Below the pieces are notes generated by a model, which made no database searches, had not been told where the DNA came from, and worked only from the letters and a program-made list of their open reading frames with translations. From positions 1,138 through 65,137 of the IMG/VR virus record IMGVR_UViG_3300028920_000071: a stretch of DNA of 64,000 nucleotides. One strand, written 5' to 3'. Source of the DNA: a virus. Its lineage: Duplodnaviria > Caudoviricetes. The translations under genes were made by a program, and so were the position numbers. The stretch's first letter is position 1; every line of letters begins with the position of its first letter. Of the stretch, positions 56,201 to 64,000 are shown one piece after another.

Positions 56201-56370
56201 GTTCAATTACTTTTGATGATGATAGAAGACAAAAGATTCTTGATGCAATAGAATCAGTAAGACCAATAAATACAGTTTTCGAAAGACTAGTTGGATTAGC
56301 TACATTTGATCTTCCGGTAGTCAATATTTTTATAAATACTAGGATGAGAATATATTATAAAATACAATAA
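53296..56370 (+). CDS. Baseplate wedge protein (gp7/P2 gpI-like C-terminus) fused to beta-helix and PKD modules
   Basis: C-terminal LQDPDLIP...LAKNFGY...LRF.V..LP.WY.IK.T..AI...L..FG...ESVRPINTVF; N-terminal FRNCIF/FNGCTF/FNDCVF repeats and WDFGNG/WEFGDG PKD motifs. Confidence 0.7.
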   Translation: MTIHYADLDKYAAGAGTSANPYNYSQIANWASSASEGDVLKLKGEFSTAAVFTTLSNWDFNISATSWEDNWPWYVSLSTYDMDIFADSSSPPTNKKITIINGIFNTAISFDLSVSPLMNNNSIEFRNCIFFEDPNSVIGSSAINVYFNGCTFADNLSIISYGGGPKSSQYNFNDCVFVNSYIDDDSISAGTFSATNCLFSLDQYSIETQVAASLAIFTNCTFDWDYGGTFPSYLETKYYFDNIIDHLTNHKLNYRDFNVPQTFDTRYNTWSANDYTDCFEKTPRTGPGAFIFYPYPVVTFSANPTVAFINQPITFTISADSFHPDVSALYYFNLGNGDLTASSSATYEKTYGASDRPYEDPNGSLLFYYDPIIVRQGTNSLPNSSATSVSIVINPYPNIIRSGSGLINENQTFTIGNWYEFDDSTISAVDWDFGNGSTSASLGIQDDAVASYSAAGSYTVSAVVYDISGNSATDTYTSEIMNAYISANTNIAFYDQTSIDFALIVDYGAGNTGIQTDFEFDHGDGSTSSVNTIIVGTSGTEYSLNKIYYESNPPDYAPRGKITPDVASGFVESPWLEWPITFNLVPEITATGTFIINNDITFSITNYETTSTNIDTVHWEFGDGNDDWLDLDTSAVHQYTSADTYIITATLYDISGNTVTATYNIGMFVGDVCKLKNEYIELTGPYEVNRYGSNKLINLTYFLPNNVKITDTSAFLYQFEDYLNNMFEGEDGFSLSSIDLTITRNYLTSGEYVSADNITSGDYINFREFTYDLESSDTNIASATSAIPTDTYDDTQKIVIGLPTNAYDDDRKISILEKTKRLTELQDPDLIPIKIEQDANYSNYDFITLLAKNFGYQVDVSREQLAYTGSITDLASTENLATSAADIVKYLRFLVASLPQWYKIKTTDNAIKVMLYSFGLIGGMLPYYTQDYIYKWKLADENGSVENIPDDYYASPHFAVGVDIIESTGSITFDDDRRQKILDAIESVRPINTVFERLVGLATFDLPVVNIFINTRMRIYYKIQ
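56331..56338 (+). promoter_or_regulatory. T4-type late promoter TATAAATA
   Basis: Consensus 50 nt upstream of ORF 56389. Confidence 0.55.
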
Positions 56371-56388
56371 TTAATTTGAGAGGTAAAA

Positions 56389-59034
56389 ATGTCAAACACA
56401 GTTGTTACAAGTGTCGGAACAAGTTTTGTTACAAGCGCACACACAAATGGCGCATTGATAGCAATTACACACTTTCTTCCGATTTATGATTATAGAATAG
56501 ACCCACAAGTTGCATCTCCTGTTATTTCAGCTATATCAGCCGTAGCCGAGGAGACCGCAGGATTAACCCAACCATTTGGTGAAGCTATATGGAATCAAGG
56601 CAATTTGTATACAATATCATCAACAGATGGTTCTAGATATATTATATCAGGTATTGGAGAAACTACAGCTACCGGACAAGTTTTGGGATCTCCACAAATA
56701 GAAGGTCCAGTTGATACAAACCACTATAATGGTGTAACACTAAGTGATCAATATGCAGGTCAAACTATAACACAATCTGGAACAGGAAATTATGTATTTT
56801 CACCTTCATTATTAACAAGTGCTGGAAGTAATTTATCCGACTATGCTGATACAACTAAAATGTATGCAGTTAACGATTATACTCCTGTTAGAGAAAGTGG
56901 ATATGATTACCTTAAAGGAAAATTTAATTGTAGAATAATAGGTGATTTGGGAACATTTAAATTTAATAAAATAGCATTGTTTGCTAGACAATATGTAAAT
57001 GGAGTACAAACTGGTGACCCAGGATTCTTTGGTGAAGCATATATTGAAACACCACAAAAGAAATCATTCTTTGGTGATGGTGCAAATGAGTTTGATTTCG
57101 ATATTCAACTTACATTATCAGCAAGTGGTGGATTAACACCAGAATCAGTTTTCTATGGAACATCAGCTGACTACTGGTCAAAAGTTCCTAACGGATTATA
57201 TTCATCTGAAAAAGTAAGTGTTGGTGTATTTGAAAGCGATAATAATGAACCACAAGCAACTATGCATATTGGTAGAGTTTTTAGTGGAACTAGTGCTAGA
57301 TATGCAGATATACCACAACTAAGAATGGAAGATGAAAACGAAACAGGTATAGATCATACTGTTAGTGGTGGCGCAACAACTGGTATCGAATGGGCTGATA
57401 TTATGTTGGAATATACAAGTCTAACAAAGGAGACTGCTAGTAGTATTAGTCTTAATTTTGTACCACAATCATCAGCTACTAATGTTAATTATGGAGATTT
57501 AACTCGACCTATTAATCGTCTTACATTTAGAGGTGAAGCAGAAATATCAGGAGATTATTCATCTTATAATTTATTAAGAACAAAAGATCTTTATTTAAAA
57601 TTAGATAGAAGCAGATTATATTTTTATGATGGTAATGAAACGGCTAATACATATCAATCTCCTGTTTCAGCTACATATCATAATGTTGTATATGGAGCCG
57701 ACATAGTTAGAAATGATAATGATTTAGTAGTACAAACAAGATTTAAAAATATTTATATATTAGCAGGTGGTTCTAACCAAGCAAAACCAACTGATAATAT
57801 GGCATCAAGACATACGAATAATATTGCAGATGTTAATGGTATAACAGAGTTATCATCTACTAACTGGGTTAATTCAGCAACAGCAAATATTGTTGCAAGA
57901 GGTGGATTTAGAGTTTTTGGACCTCTTGAAATTAATTATGTTCCTAGAGATTCTGCTGTTTATTCTAATATAAGTGATTGGGGAGTAATAGCTGCGAAGC
58001 GTAAATATACGGCTATAATAGCAGGATTAAAACTTAATACTACGGACGGTTTTACAAACTTTGAACAACAATATGATTGGATGCTTGAACAAAACATTAC
58101 TAATGCTATTTGGAATCCTATAATTAATAACAATTATATTCAGAGCGCTTCAGAATTATATATCCAGGCCGGTACTATTAAAATATGGGGAAATATTATA
58201 CCAGGATTTTATACAGATCCAGGAGATAATTATCAAAACTTTAGAGGATTTAATTTGGGAAGCAACGAATATAAGTTTAGAGAAATCCATTCTGAAAAAA
58301 TATTTATTGATTCTTATGATCCAGAACTTTCTGCTGGAAGTACATATAATACTAATGATAATAGATTTTTTGGATTAAATATAGCCAGATATAAAACTAG
58401 AGGTGAAAATGGTGAAACACATATAATACCATATGGTCTTGATGAAGAAGTTTATATTGGAAGAAATTTTTACAGAATATCAGAAATTTGGGTAACGGAT
58501 CTTTATGTTGGAAATATACATGATGTTTCAGATATTACATCTGATGATATAAATGCCACTAATGCGGATATTACAAACATAACAGCATCTAATGTTACAG
58601 TTAGAGGAGGCTTAACAGTTTCTGGAGATATATATGCATATGATGATATTATCTCTTTGGATGATAATGATCAGTCTCACGAACTTAAATGGTATACTTA
58701 TGTTGTAACTGCTAGTGTTCCAGCTACACAAAATATAGCCGTTCCTTTTGATAATATTAAAAGTTATACAGCTATTGCAAATGGAAATTCGAGTGTTATT
58801 TCAAATATTACACTTGGCGCAGCTGACACAAATTATTGGATTAATGTAGCAATGCCTAATTTTAGTCCTGGTGGTATTGGTTGGGGTAGTTATGAAGATT
58901 ATAAAGTTTATTTAATAAGGAATACAAATACAAATACGCAATTGTCCAATGGTGAGGATTCGACTGATATAGTAATAGGCAGTCAATTACGAACTTCTGG
59001 AGTAAAGCTTAAAGTAATAGTTTATTATGATTAA
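56389..59034 (+). CDS. Tail fibre / baseplate-attached fibre protein
   Basis: N-terminal VVTSVG......A...G..I.ITHF...GTFKFNKIALF resembles tail-collar-fibre attachment domains; fibre repeats (NLGSNEYKFREIH, IGRNFYRISEIW). Confidence 0.65.
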   Translation: MSNTVVTSVGTSFVTSAHTNGALIAITHFLPIYDYRIDPQVASPVISAISAVAEETAGLTQPFGEAIWNQGNLYTISSTDGSRYIISGIGETTATGQVLGSPQIEGPVDTNHYNGVTLSDQYAGQTITQSGTGNYVFSPSLLTSAGSNLSDYADTTKMYAVNDYTPVRESGYDYLKGKFNCRIIGDLGTFKFNKIALFARQYVNGVQTGDPGFFGEAYIETPQKKSFFGDGANEFDFDIQLTLSASGGLTPESVFYGTSADYWSKVPNGLYSSEKVSVGVFESDNNEPQATMHIGRVFSGTSARYADIPQLRMEDENETGIDHTVSGGATTGIEWADIMLEYTSLTKETASSISLNFVPQSSATNVNYGDLTRPINRLTFRGEAEISGDYSSYNLLRTKDLYLKLDRSRLYFYDGNETANTYQSPVSATYHNVVYGADIVRNDNDLVVQTRFKNIYILAGGSNQAKPTDNMASRHTNNIADVNGITELSSTNWVNSATANIVARGGFRVFGPLEINYVPRDSAVYSNISDWGVIAAKRKYTAIIAGLKLNTTDGFTNFEQQYDWMLEQNITNAIWNPIINNNYIQSASELYIQAGTIKIWGNIIPGFYTDPGDNYQNFRGFNLGSNEYKFREIHSEKIFIDSYDPELSAGSTYNTNDNRFFGLNIARYKTRGENGETHIIPYGLDEEVYIGRNFYRISEIWVTDLYVGNIHDVSDITSDDINATNADITNITASNVTVRGGLTVSGDIYAYDDIISLDDNDQSHELKWYTYVVTASVPATQNIAVPFDNIKSYTAIANGNSSVISNITLGAADTNYWINVAMPNFSPGGIGWGSYEDYKVYLIRNTNTNTQLSNGEDSTDIVIGSQLRTSGVKLKVIVYYD

Positions 59035-59057
59035 TTAATTTAAAAAGGAGAGTTAAA

Positions 59058-59582
59058 ATGAAATTGAAGAGATCAGAGTTAGTGTCGTTGAATATGCTTC
59101 TTATCGATATTGTTAATAACAAAGATAAGGAAAAATATGACAAAAGATTTATTTTTGGAGTTCATCGTAATATTGAAAACTTTGAACCAGAAATAAACGC
59201 CATTAGAGAAACTCAAAAAGAACCAGATGGTATTCAAGAGTTTCAAGACAAACTTCAACAAATAGGTAAAGAATGTGCTGATAGAGATGAAAAAGGAAAT
59301 CCTAAATTAATCAAAAGAGGTATTAACGAAGTCTTTGATATTAATGAAAAACAAGAAGAAGCCAGAGAAAGAACAGAAAAACTAAAAGAAGAATATAAAG
59401 AAGTAGTTAAACAACACCAAGAAAATATAAGACAGTTTAATGAATTGATGAACGAAGAAATTGAAATTGATGTTTGTAAAATTTCTTTTAATTATTTTCC
59501 GGATAAATATGACATAAATGATCATATGATTCTTAAACATCTTATTAAAGAAACAGACGAAGAAATAGAGGCTATGTTATAA
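59058..59582 (+). CDS. Hypothetical coiled-coil protein (possible fibre chaperone)
   Basis: AAGGAG SD; RN...E...I....DEKGNP...FNELMNEEIEI pattern of small ORFs that follow fibres. Confidence 0.55.
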   Translation: MKLKRSELVSLNMLLIDIVNNKDKEKYDKRFIFGVHRNIENFEPEINAIRETQKEPDGIQEFQDKLQQIGKECADRDEKGNPKLIKRGINEVFDINEKQEEARERTEKLKEEYKEVVKQHQENIRQFNELMNEEIEIDVCKISFNYFPDKYDINDHMILKHLIKETDEEIEAML

Positions 59583-59583
59583 T

Positions 59584-60120
59584 ATGGCTATGAATTTCAA
59601 CATAAACACGTTTCATAGTGATTCGTGGCAAGTAACTTTTTCAAATATGCCATCATTATCTGGTCAATCAGACCTTGCCCAGTTTGATAACTTTGTTAAA
59701 AGTTTAGTTCTACCAGATTATAATATGGGTGAAATAACTTCCCAATATAAAACATTTCAGATTCGTCATCCAGTTGCGCCAAGAACAAATATAGATTTAT
59801 CACAGGTTCAAATAGAATTTAAGTTAAATGAAGATATGTCTAATTATCTTGCTTTATTTCAATACATGCAAGAATTAAAATATGGTGAACTTTCTGATGA
59901 TTATACTGATGAACTTATAAGAAAATATACTATTAAATCTATCATATTACACTTAAATGATAATCAAAAAAGATTGATTGCTAGGATTAGATTTACCGAA
60001 GCTTTTCTTCTTTCTTTAAGTTCTATGGCATTAACAACTGGTTCAGCAGAAGAAATAACATTTACTTGTAACTTCAGCTATTCTGAAATCTTATACGAGA
60101 GGTTTAGTATATTAGTATGA
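59584..60120 (+). CDS. gp3: Tail tube terminator/completion protein, T4 gp3-like
   Basis: F.N.P.....F.KS..LP...MG......L....IEF.LNEDM.NY..L..YM...L...DN......I.F..AF..SLS........F...F.YS. Confidence 0.75.
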   Translation: MAMNFNINTFHSDSWQVTFSNMPSLSGQSDLAQFDNFVKSLVLPDYNMGEITSQYKTFQIRHPVAPRTNIDLSQVQIEFKLNEDMSNYLALFQYMQELKYGELSDDYTDELIRKYTIKSIILHLNDNQKRLIARIRFTEAFLLSLSSMALTTGSAEEITFTCNFSYSEILYERFSILV

Positions 60121-60866
60121 AAAATATTAATAAATATTATGTTTATGTTTATCTTGATCCAAGAAAACCAGGTAAACATAATTATGGTGAATATGAATTT
60201 GATTATGAACCATTTTATGTTGGTAAAGGTCAAGGAACAAGAATATATTCTCATTTGTATGAAGCATATTATAATATAGATAATAATTCTTTTAAATGTA
60301 ATAAAATTAGAAAAATTAAAAGAATAACAAAAAACAATCCAATTTTAATAAAATATAAAGAATCATTGTTTCATAAAGAAGCTTTAGATTTAGAAACTTC
60401 AATGATTAAAAATATTGGAAGAAAAAATATTCATTTAGGACCTTTAACTAATATGACAGATGGTGGTGAAGGAATGTCTGAAATAACCGATGAAATACGA
60501 GAAAAAATATCGATTAATCGAATAGGAAAAACAGCCGGAAAAAATCATCCGTTATATGGAAAACACCATTCTAAAGAAGCAAAAAGAAAAATGAGCTTAG
60601 CTAGATTGGGAAAATCACCATCGAATAAAGGTAAAAAACATTCTAAAGAATCTATTAAAAAAATGAAAGAAAAAATGTTAGGAAATACGCACAGATTAAC
60701 ATATAAATATTTATTAATTGATCCAAACGGAATTAAATATAATAATATAACAAAATTAGACAATTTTTGTAAACAATATAATTTACAAAGATGTGGAGTT
60801 CAAGCTTCTATTAAACACAATAGAAAATATAAAAATTGGATTGTCAGTAGAGATTTAATTAAGTAA
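60117..60866 (+). CDS. Free-standing GIY-YIG (LEM-3-like) endonuclease with NUMOD3 repeats
   Basis: YYVYVYLDPRK...PFYVGKGQG.R..SH...LE..MI..IGR....GPLTN.TDGGEG; GKHHSKEAKRKMS and GKKHSKESIKKM repeats. Confidence 0.88.
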   Translation: MKNINKYYVYVYLDPRKPGKHNYGEYEFDYEPFYVGKGQGTRIYSHLYEAYYNIDNNSFKCNKIRKIKRITKNNPILIKYKESLFHKEALDLETSMIKNIGRKNIHLGPLTNMTDGGEGMSEITDEIREKISINRIGKTAGKNHPLYGKHHSKEAKRKMSLARLGKSPSNKGKKHSKESIKKMKEKMLGNTHRLTYKYLLIDPNGIKYNNITKLDNFCKQYNLQRCGVQASIKHNRKYKNWIVSRDLIK

Positions 60867-60915
60867 AGATAATAAATAAGTTTGTTGTCAGTTAGTATAT
60901 AGAAAAGGAGATAGT

Positions 60916-61290
60916 ATGATTGAAGTGAAACTTAAAGCAGATAAGAAAGTTATAATCGAAACAGTTTCTCGGATTGGAATAGCCAACAAAAAAAAGAAAA
61001 TTTTGTTTCCATCGTGCTATTTTTATGAAAAAGATGGTAAAACATATATTGCACATTTCAAAGAGTTATTCCAGTTAACAAGAGAAAATGCTTATAATAC
61101 CATCTGTGAAGATGATATTTTAAGACTTAAAGCAACGGTGTTCTGCTTGCAGAATTGGTGTTTGATTGATGTTAAACCTGAAGATATTGAACCTCATAAT
61201 AAGTATGTATTCGTGCTTAATTTTAAAGACAAAAAGGATTGGATCATATCTCATAAGTTCAATATCAAAAATCTTTACAAAAGTGAATAA
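60916..61290 (+). CDS. regA: Translational repressor RegA-like
   Basis: MIEVKL.....IETVSRIGIANKK.KIL.PSC....K.GK.YI.HFKELF...D..R......LQNW.LI...FVL.FKDK.DW....KF.I matches T4 RegA. Confidence 0.9.
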   Translation: MIEVKLKADKKVIIETVSRIGIANKKKKILFPSCYFYEKDGKTYIAHFKELFQLTRENAYNTICEDDILRLKATVFCLQNWCLIDVKPEDIEPHNKYVFVLNFKDKKDWIISHKFNIKNLYKSE

Positions 61291-61291
61291 T

Positions 61292-61885
61292 ATGATTAAG
61301 ATATGTAAAAAATGTGGTAGAGAATTAGATATTAGTTGTTTTTCTAATAATACTATATACAAAAATAAGAGATATAAAAGACCAGAATGTAAAGATTGTG
61401 TAAAAGAATATAATATAAAATATTCTAATAAAAATAGAAATAAATTGCGTATCAATTCTAAAAAATATTATTATAAAAATAAAAAGAAAGTATTATTAAA
61501 AAGAAAAAATAATAGAGATAAAATTAGTCAATATGAAAGAAAAAAATATATGGAGGATACTAATTTTAGAATAGCTAGTCTTTTGAGAAGGTCTATAAGA
61601 AAGTTTTTGAAAAGAAATCAAAGACAGCATTCATCTTTACAACTTTTGGATTGTTCTTTGGACTTTTTAAAGAACCATCTTCAAGAAACAGCTATTAAGA
61701 ATGGATATTTAGATTTTAATATAAATAATTATAGTGGTAAAGAATATCATATAGATCATATAGTTCCATGTTCAGCTTTTAATCTTAAATGTAGCTATCA
61801 CCAGAGATTATGTTTTAATTGGAAAAACCTTCAAATTTTAGATAAACAAGCTAATTTAGAAAAAAATAACATGATAATATTATAA
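61292..61885 (+). CDS. HNH homing endonuclease with N-terminal zinc finger
   Basis: Start revised from 61166 to the ATG at 61292 (MIKICKKC...CKDC); YHIDHIVPCSAF.L......CFNWKNLQIL....NLEKNN. Confidence 0.82.
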   Translation: MIKICKKCGRELDISCFSNNTIYKNKRYKRPECKDCVKEYNIKYSNKNRNKLRINSKKYYYKNKKKVLLKRKNNRDKISQYERKKYMEDTNFRIASLLRRSIRKFLKRNQRQHSSLQLLDCSLDFLKNHLQETAIKNGYLDFNINNYSGKEYHIDHIVPCSAFNLKCSYHQRLCFNWKNLQILDKQANLEKNNMIIL

Positions 61886-61888
61886 ATA
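61881..61888 (+). promoter_or_regulatory. T4-type late promoter TATAAATA (second copy at 61932)
   Basis: Consensus overlapping the HNH stop. Confidence 0.55.
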
Positions 61889-61908
61889 CTTAGTAGAAAG
61901 AAAAATAT

Positions 61909-62046
61909 ATGGTTGACAGGAATGAAAAGAATATAAATAATATTGATAAGGATGAAAACGACATTGAGAACTTTGAAGACTTTGAGGATTATTACGGTTT
62001 TCAAGATGATGAAAGAGATAAAGAATTAGATTTCGATAAAGAATAA
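61909..62046 (+). CDS. Small acidic hypothetical protein, 45 aa
   Basis: Manual translation MVDRNEKNINNIDKDENDIENFEDFEDYYGFQDDERDKELDFDKE; fills the intergenic gap; weak SD. Confidence 0.4.
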   Translation: MVDRNEKNINNIDKDENDIENFEDFEDYYGFQDDERDKELDFDKE

Positions 62047-62057
62047 AGGAGTTACAC

Positions 62058-63965
62058 ATGTTAGATTTTTTGGATTATCTACAAGAATTTGAACAAGAGG
62101 ATGTCAGCAATACCAAAAAGATAATTAAAGAGAGATGGGATAAAACTATTGCTGTAATTAAGGAAGCCTTTGGAGAGAAGTACACTAACAAGAGTTATGC
62201 ACTACACAAAATCCAAAACGAATTTGTTAAAAAGACACCTGAGTCTGTTGATGTGGAATTTCTTAAAGAGAATATGAATTATATCGTTGGGAAGGTTGAA
62301 GAACTTTCTGAAGGCGATATAAAGATTATTATCAATAATGATGTTGATAAAGGTAGAAGATCTCCAGCTTCAGCACCTGTTGAGCCTGTCGTTGTAACTG
62401 GACCTGCTACTGATGGTATAGACCTTGAGATGGAAGCATGTGGTAAAACAGCAAAGAAAAAAGGAAGAGGTAGACCTAAAAAGAAAGCAGTTGACCCTGA
62501 AGAACCTGCAGTTGAAGAAAATGTTGAAGAAGAAACTGAAGAAACTGAAGAAGTTGTTGAAGAAGAAACAGTTGAAGAAAATAAACCTCCAGTTGATGAA
62601 TCTAAAGAAGAAAATAATTCAAATGAAAATATACAAAAAGAGGATAATATTATGAAAAAAGAAAACACAATCACATGGGAAGACATTGAAGGCGACTTCA
62701 GAGAGAATATCAAAGAAGATGTTGAAGAAGAAAATGTTGAAGAAGAAACTGAAGAAGTTGTTGAAGAAGAAGTTGTTGAAGAAGAAGAAGAAATAGAAAC
62801 TGCCCCTGAAGATGAAACTCCTGTGGATGAAGTTCCAGAAGAATCACCTGAAGAAGAAGCCGCAGAAGAAGATGAGGAAAAAGAGGAAGAAGTCGAAGAG
62901 GGCGATAAAGTAACCATCGAAGGCGAAGACGAAGATACAAAATATCTTGTTCTTAGCGTAGACGAAGATGAACAGACAATTAATGTCGAAGATCCAGATG
63001 GCGAAGAATTGACATTTGATCTTGACCAGATTGCTGAACTTGAGAAAAGCGAAGAAAATCTTAAAGACGATGAAGATGAAGTTGAGGAAGATGAAGAAGG
63101 TGCAATGGAAGCCGATGAAGGTGAAGATGAAGAAGAAGTAGCTGAAGAAGGTTATGACCCTGAAGGCGATTCAATTCATGATGATATTATATCAGCAAGG
63201 AAGATTCTTTTTGGAGAAGCTGGATGGAAAGCAAAACCTGCATCACCAAGCAAGGGTCAACCAGATAGCCTTCCTAAAACATCAAGCAACAAGTCTGAAG
63301 GCGAACCTAAAATGACTGGTTGGGAAGCAAAAGCTGGTGGAACAATTTCAAAACATAACATGCCACAAGCAGAAGGTATGCCTAAAGGTCCAGCATCTGA
63401 AGTGAATAAGAGTGGAAATTCAATTTCGAAACATAACATGCCACAAGCTGAAGGCGAACCTAAAACAACTGGTGCTGATGCAAAAGACATGAAGAAGAAA
63501 GAAAAAACTGCAAGTGGTTATACACAGTCACCTCAGACTCATAACATGCCACAAGCAGAAGGTATGCCTAAAGATGGTAAGACACCATCTAATGCAGCCT
63601 TAAGTTATACACCTCAACCTGGCGAGGGAATGCCCAAAGCACCGTCAATGCCAGCTGGTGGAGCATCAATTTCACAAGTAAACCATCCACAAGCAGAAGG
63701 TATGCCTAAACAACCAGCAACATTGTTAGACCACTATGTTGCAGCTGCTAACAGATTCATGCCTGATGATGAAGAAGTTCTTCAAGAAGGCAAAAAGAAA
63801 AAGGCTGTTGTGAAAAAGAAAAAGGTAAAGAAAGATAAGGAAGACGAAAAGAAAAAGAAGAAAGAAGAAGAAAAGAAAGCCAAGGAAGAAGAAAAGAAGG
63901 CTAAAGAAAAGGAAGAAAAAGATAAGGCTAAAAAAGAGAAGAAAGAAAAGAAAGATAAAAAATAA
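62058..63965 (+). CDS. Large acidic, largely disordered protein (probable prohead core/internal protein)
   Basis: Leader MLDFLDYLQE; AT-hook-like KKGRGRPKKK; Glu-rich tracts; HNMPQAEGMPK repeats; K/E C-terminus; AAGGAG SD. Confidence 0.7.
   Translation: MLDFLDYLQEFEQEDVSNTKKIIKERWDKTIAVIKEAFGEKYTNKSYALHKIQNEFVKKTPESVDVEFLKENMNYIVGKVEELSEGDIKIIINNDVDKGRRSPASAPVEPVVVTGPATDGIDLEMEACGKTAKKKGRGRPKKKAVDPEEPAVEENVEEETEETEEVVEEETVEENKPPVDESKEENNSNENIQKEDNIMKKENTITWEDIEGDFRENIKEDVEEENVEEETEEVVEEEVVEEEEEIETAPEDETPVDEVPEESPEEEAAEEDEEKEEEVEEGDKVTIEGEDEDTKYLVLSVDEDEQTINVEDPDGEELTFDLDQIAELEKSEENLKDDEDEVEEDEEGAMEADEGEDEEEVAEEGYDPEGDSIHDDIISARKILFGEAGWKAKPASPSKGQPDSLPKTSSNKSEGEPKMTGWEAKAGGTISKHNMPQAEGMPKGPASEVNKSGNSISKHNMPQAEGEPKTTGADAKDMKKKEKTASGYTQSPQTHNMPQAEGMPKDGKTPSNAALSYTPQPGEGMPKAPSMPAGGASISQVNHPQAEGMPKQPATLLDHYVAAANRFMPDDEEVLQEGKKKKAVVKKKKVKKDKEDEKKKKKEEEKKAKEEEKKAKEKEEKDKAKKEKKEKKDKK
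63290..63712 (+). repeat. Dispersed coding repeat (H)NMPQAEG(M/E)PK
   Basis: CATAACATGCCACAAGC(A/T)GAAGG recurs near 63354, 63432 and 63540, with degenerate copies near 63295, 63615 and 63685. Confidence 0.85.
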
Positions 63966-64000
63966 ATTGAAATGTTGAACCAAGTTGACAAGATGTGTTT

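Noticed and set aside
47207-59034. Diversity-generating retroelement acting on fibres
   Set aside because: No reverse transcriptase and no template/variable repeat pair seen in this window.
62279-63991. Minus-strand Ser/Phe-rich ORFs (also 6583, 18378, 22064, 26865, 37673)
   Set aside because: Antisense shadows of Glu/Lys-rich genes.
1-64000. Alternative genetic code (stop-codon reassignment)
   Set aside because: Core genes are full length in code 11 with high coding density; TAG (14159, 24468, 29939, 39824) and TGA (12651, 14981) end genes right before the next start.

Overview
This AT-rich window comes from a divergent T4-like (probably large or jumbo) myophage that uses the standard genetic code; TAA, TAG and TGA all act as stops. 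A leftward operon (gp46-gp55-gp47) diverges from uvsY-uvsW and a nearly complete, rearranged morphogenesis region: gp14 ... gp20-gp21-gp22-gp23 ... gp13 ... gp15-gp16-[AAA+]-gp17-gp18-gp19, baseplate genes (gp54-like, gp26/gp51, tape measure with lysozyme, gp53, gp27, gp5, gp25, gp6, gp7-like), fibres, gp3 and regA. Six free-standing homing endonucleases and many TATAAATA late promoters are present. I saw no tRNA, rRNA or CRISPR array. Best candidates for undescribed biology: (1) a possible virion O-glycosylation system, with a DXD glycosyltransferase inside the fibre cluster, an x-S-[A/G] motif enriched in surface-exposed virion proteins, and a ~380-aa (E-S4-5)n tract; (2) an array of unrelated proteins, plus an AAA+ ATPase between the terminase genes, sharing a capsid-targeting-like leader M-S/G-F-K-x-Y-L/I-x-E; (3) a probable +1 programmed frameshift joining gp26 to gp51 just upstream of the tape measure; (4) an RHH + endonuclease cassette bracketed by a duplicated terminator; (5) a structured RNA leader in front of a GIY-YIG gene, with a possible orphan relic elsewhere. 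All family assignments come from reading motifs and synteny by eye, not from database searches.
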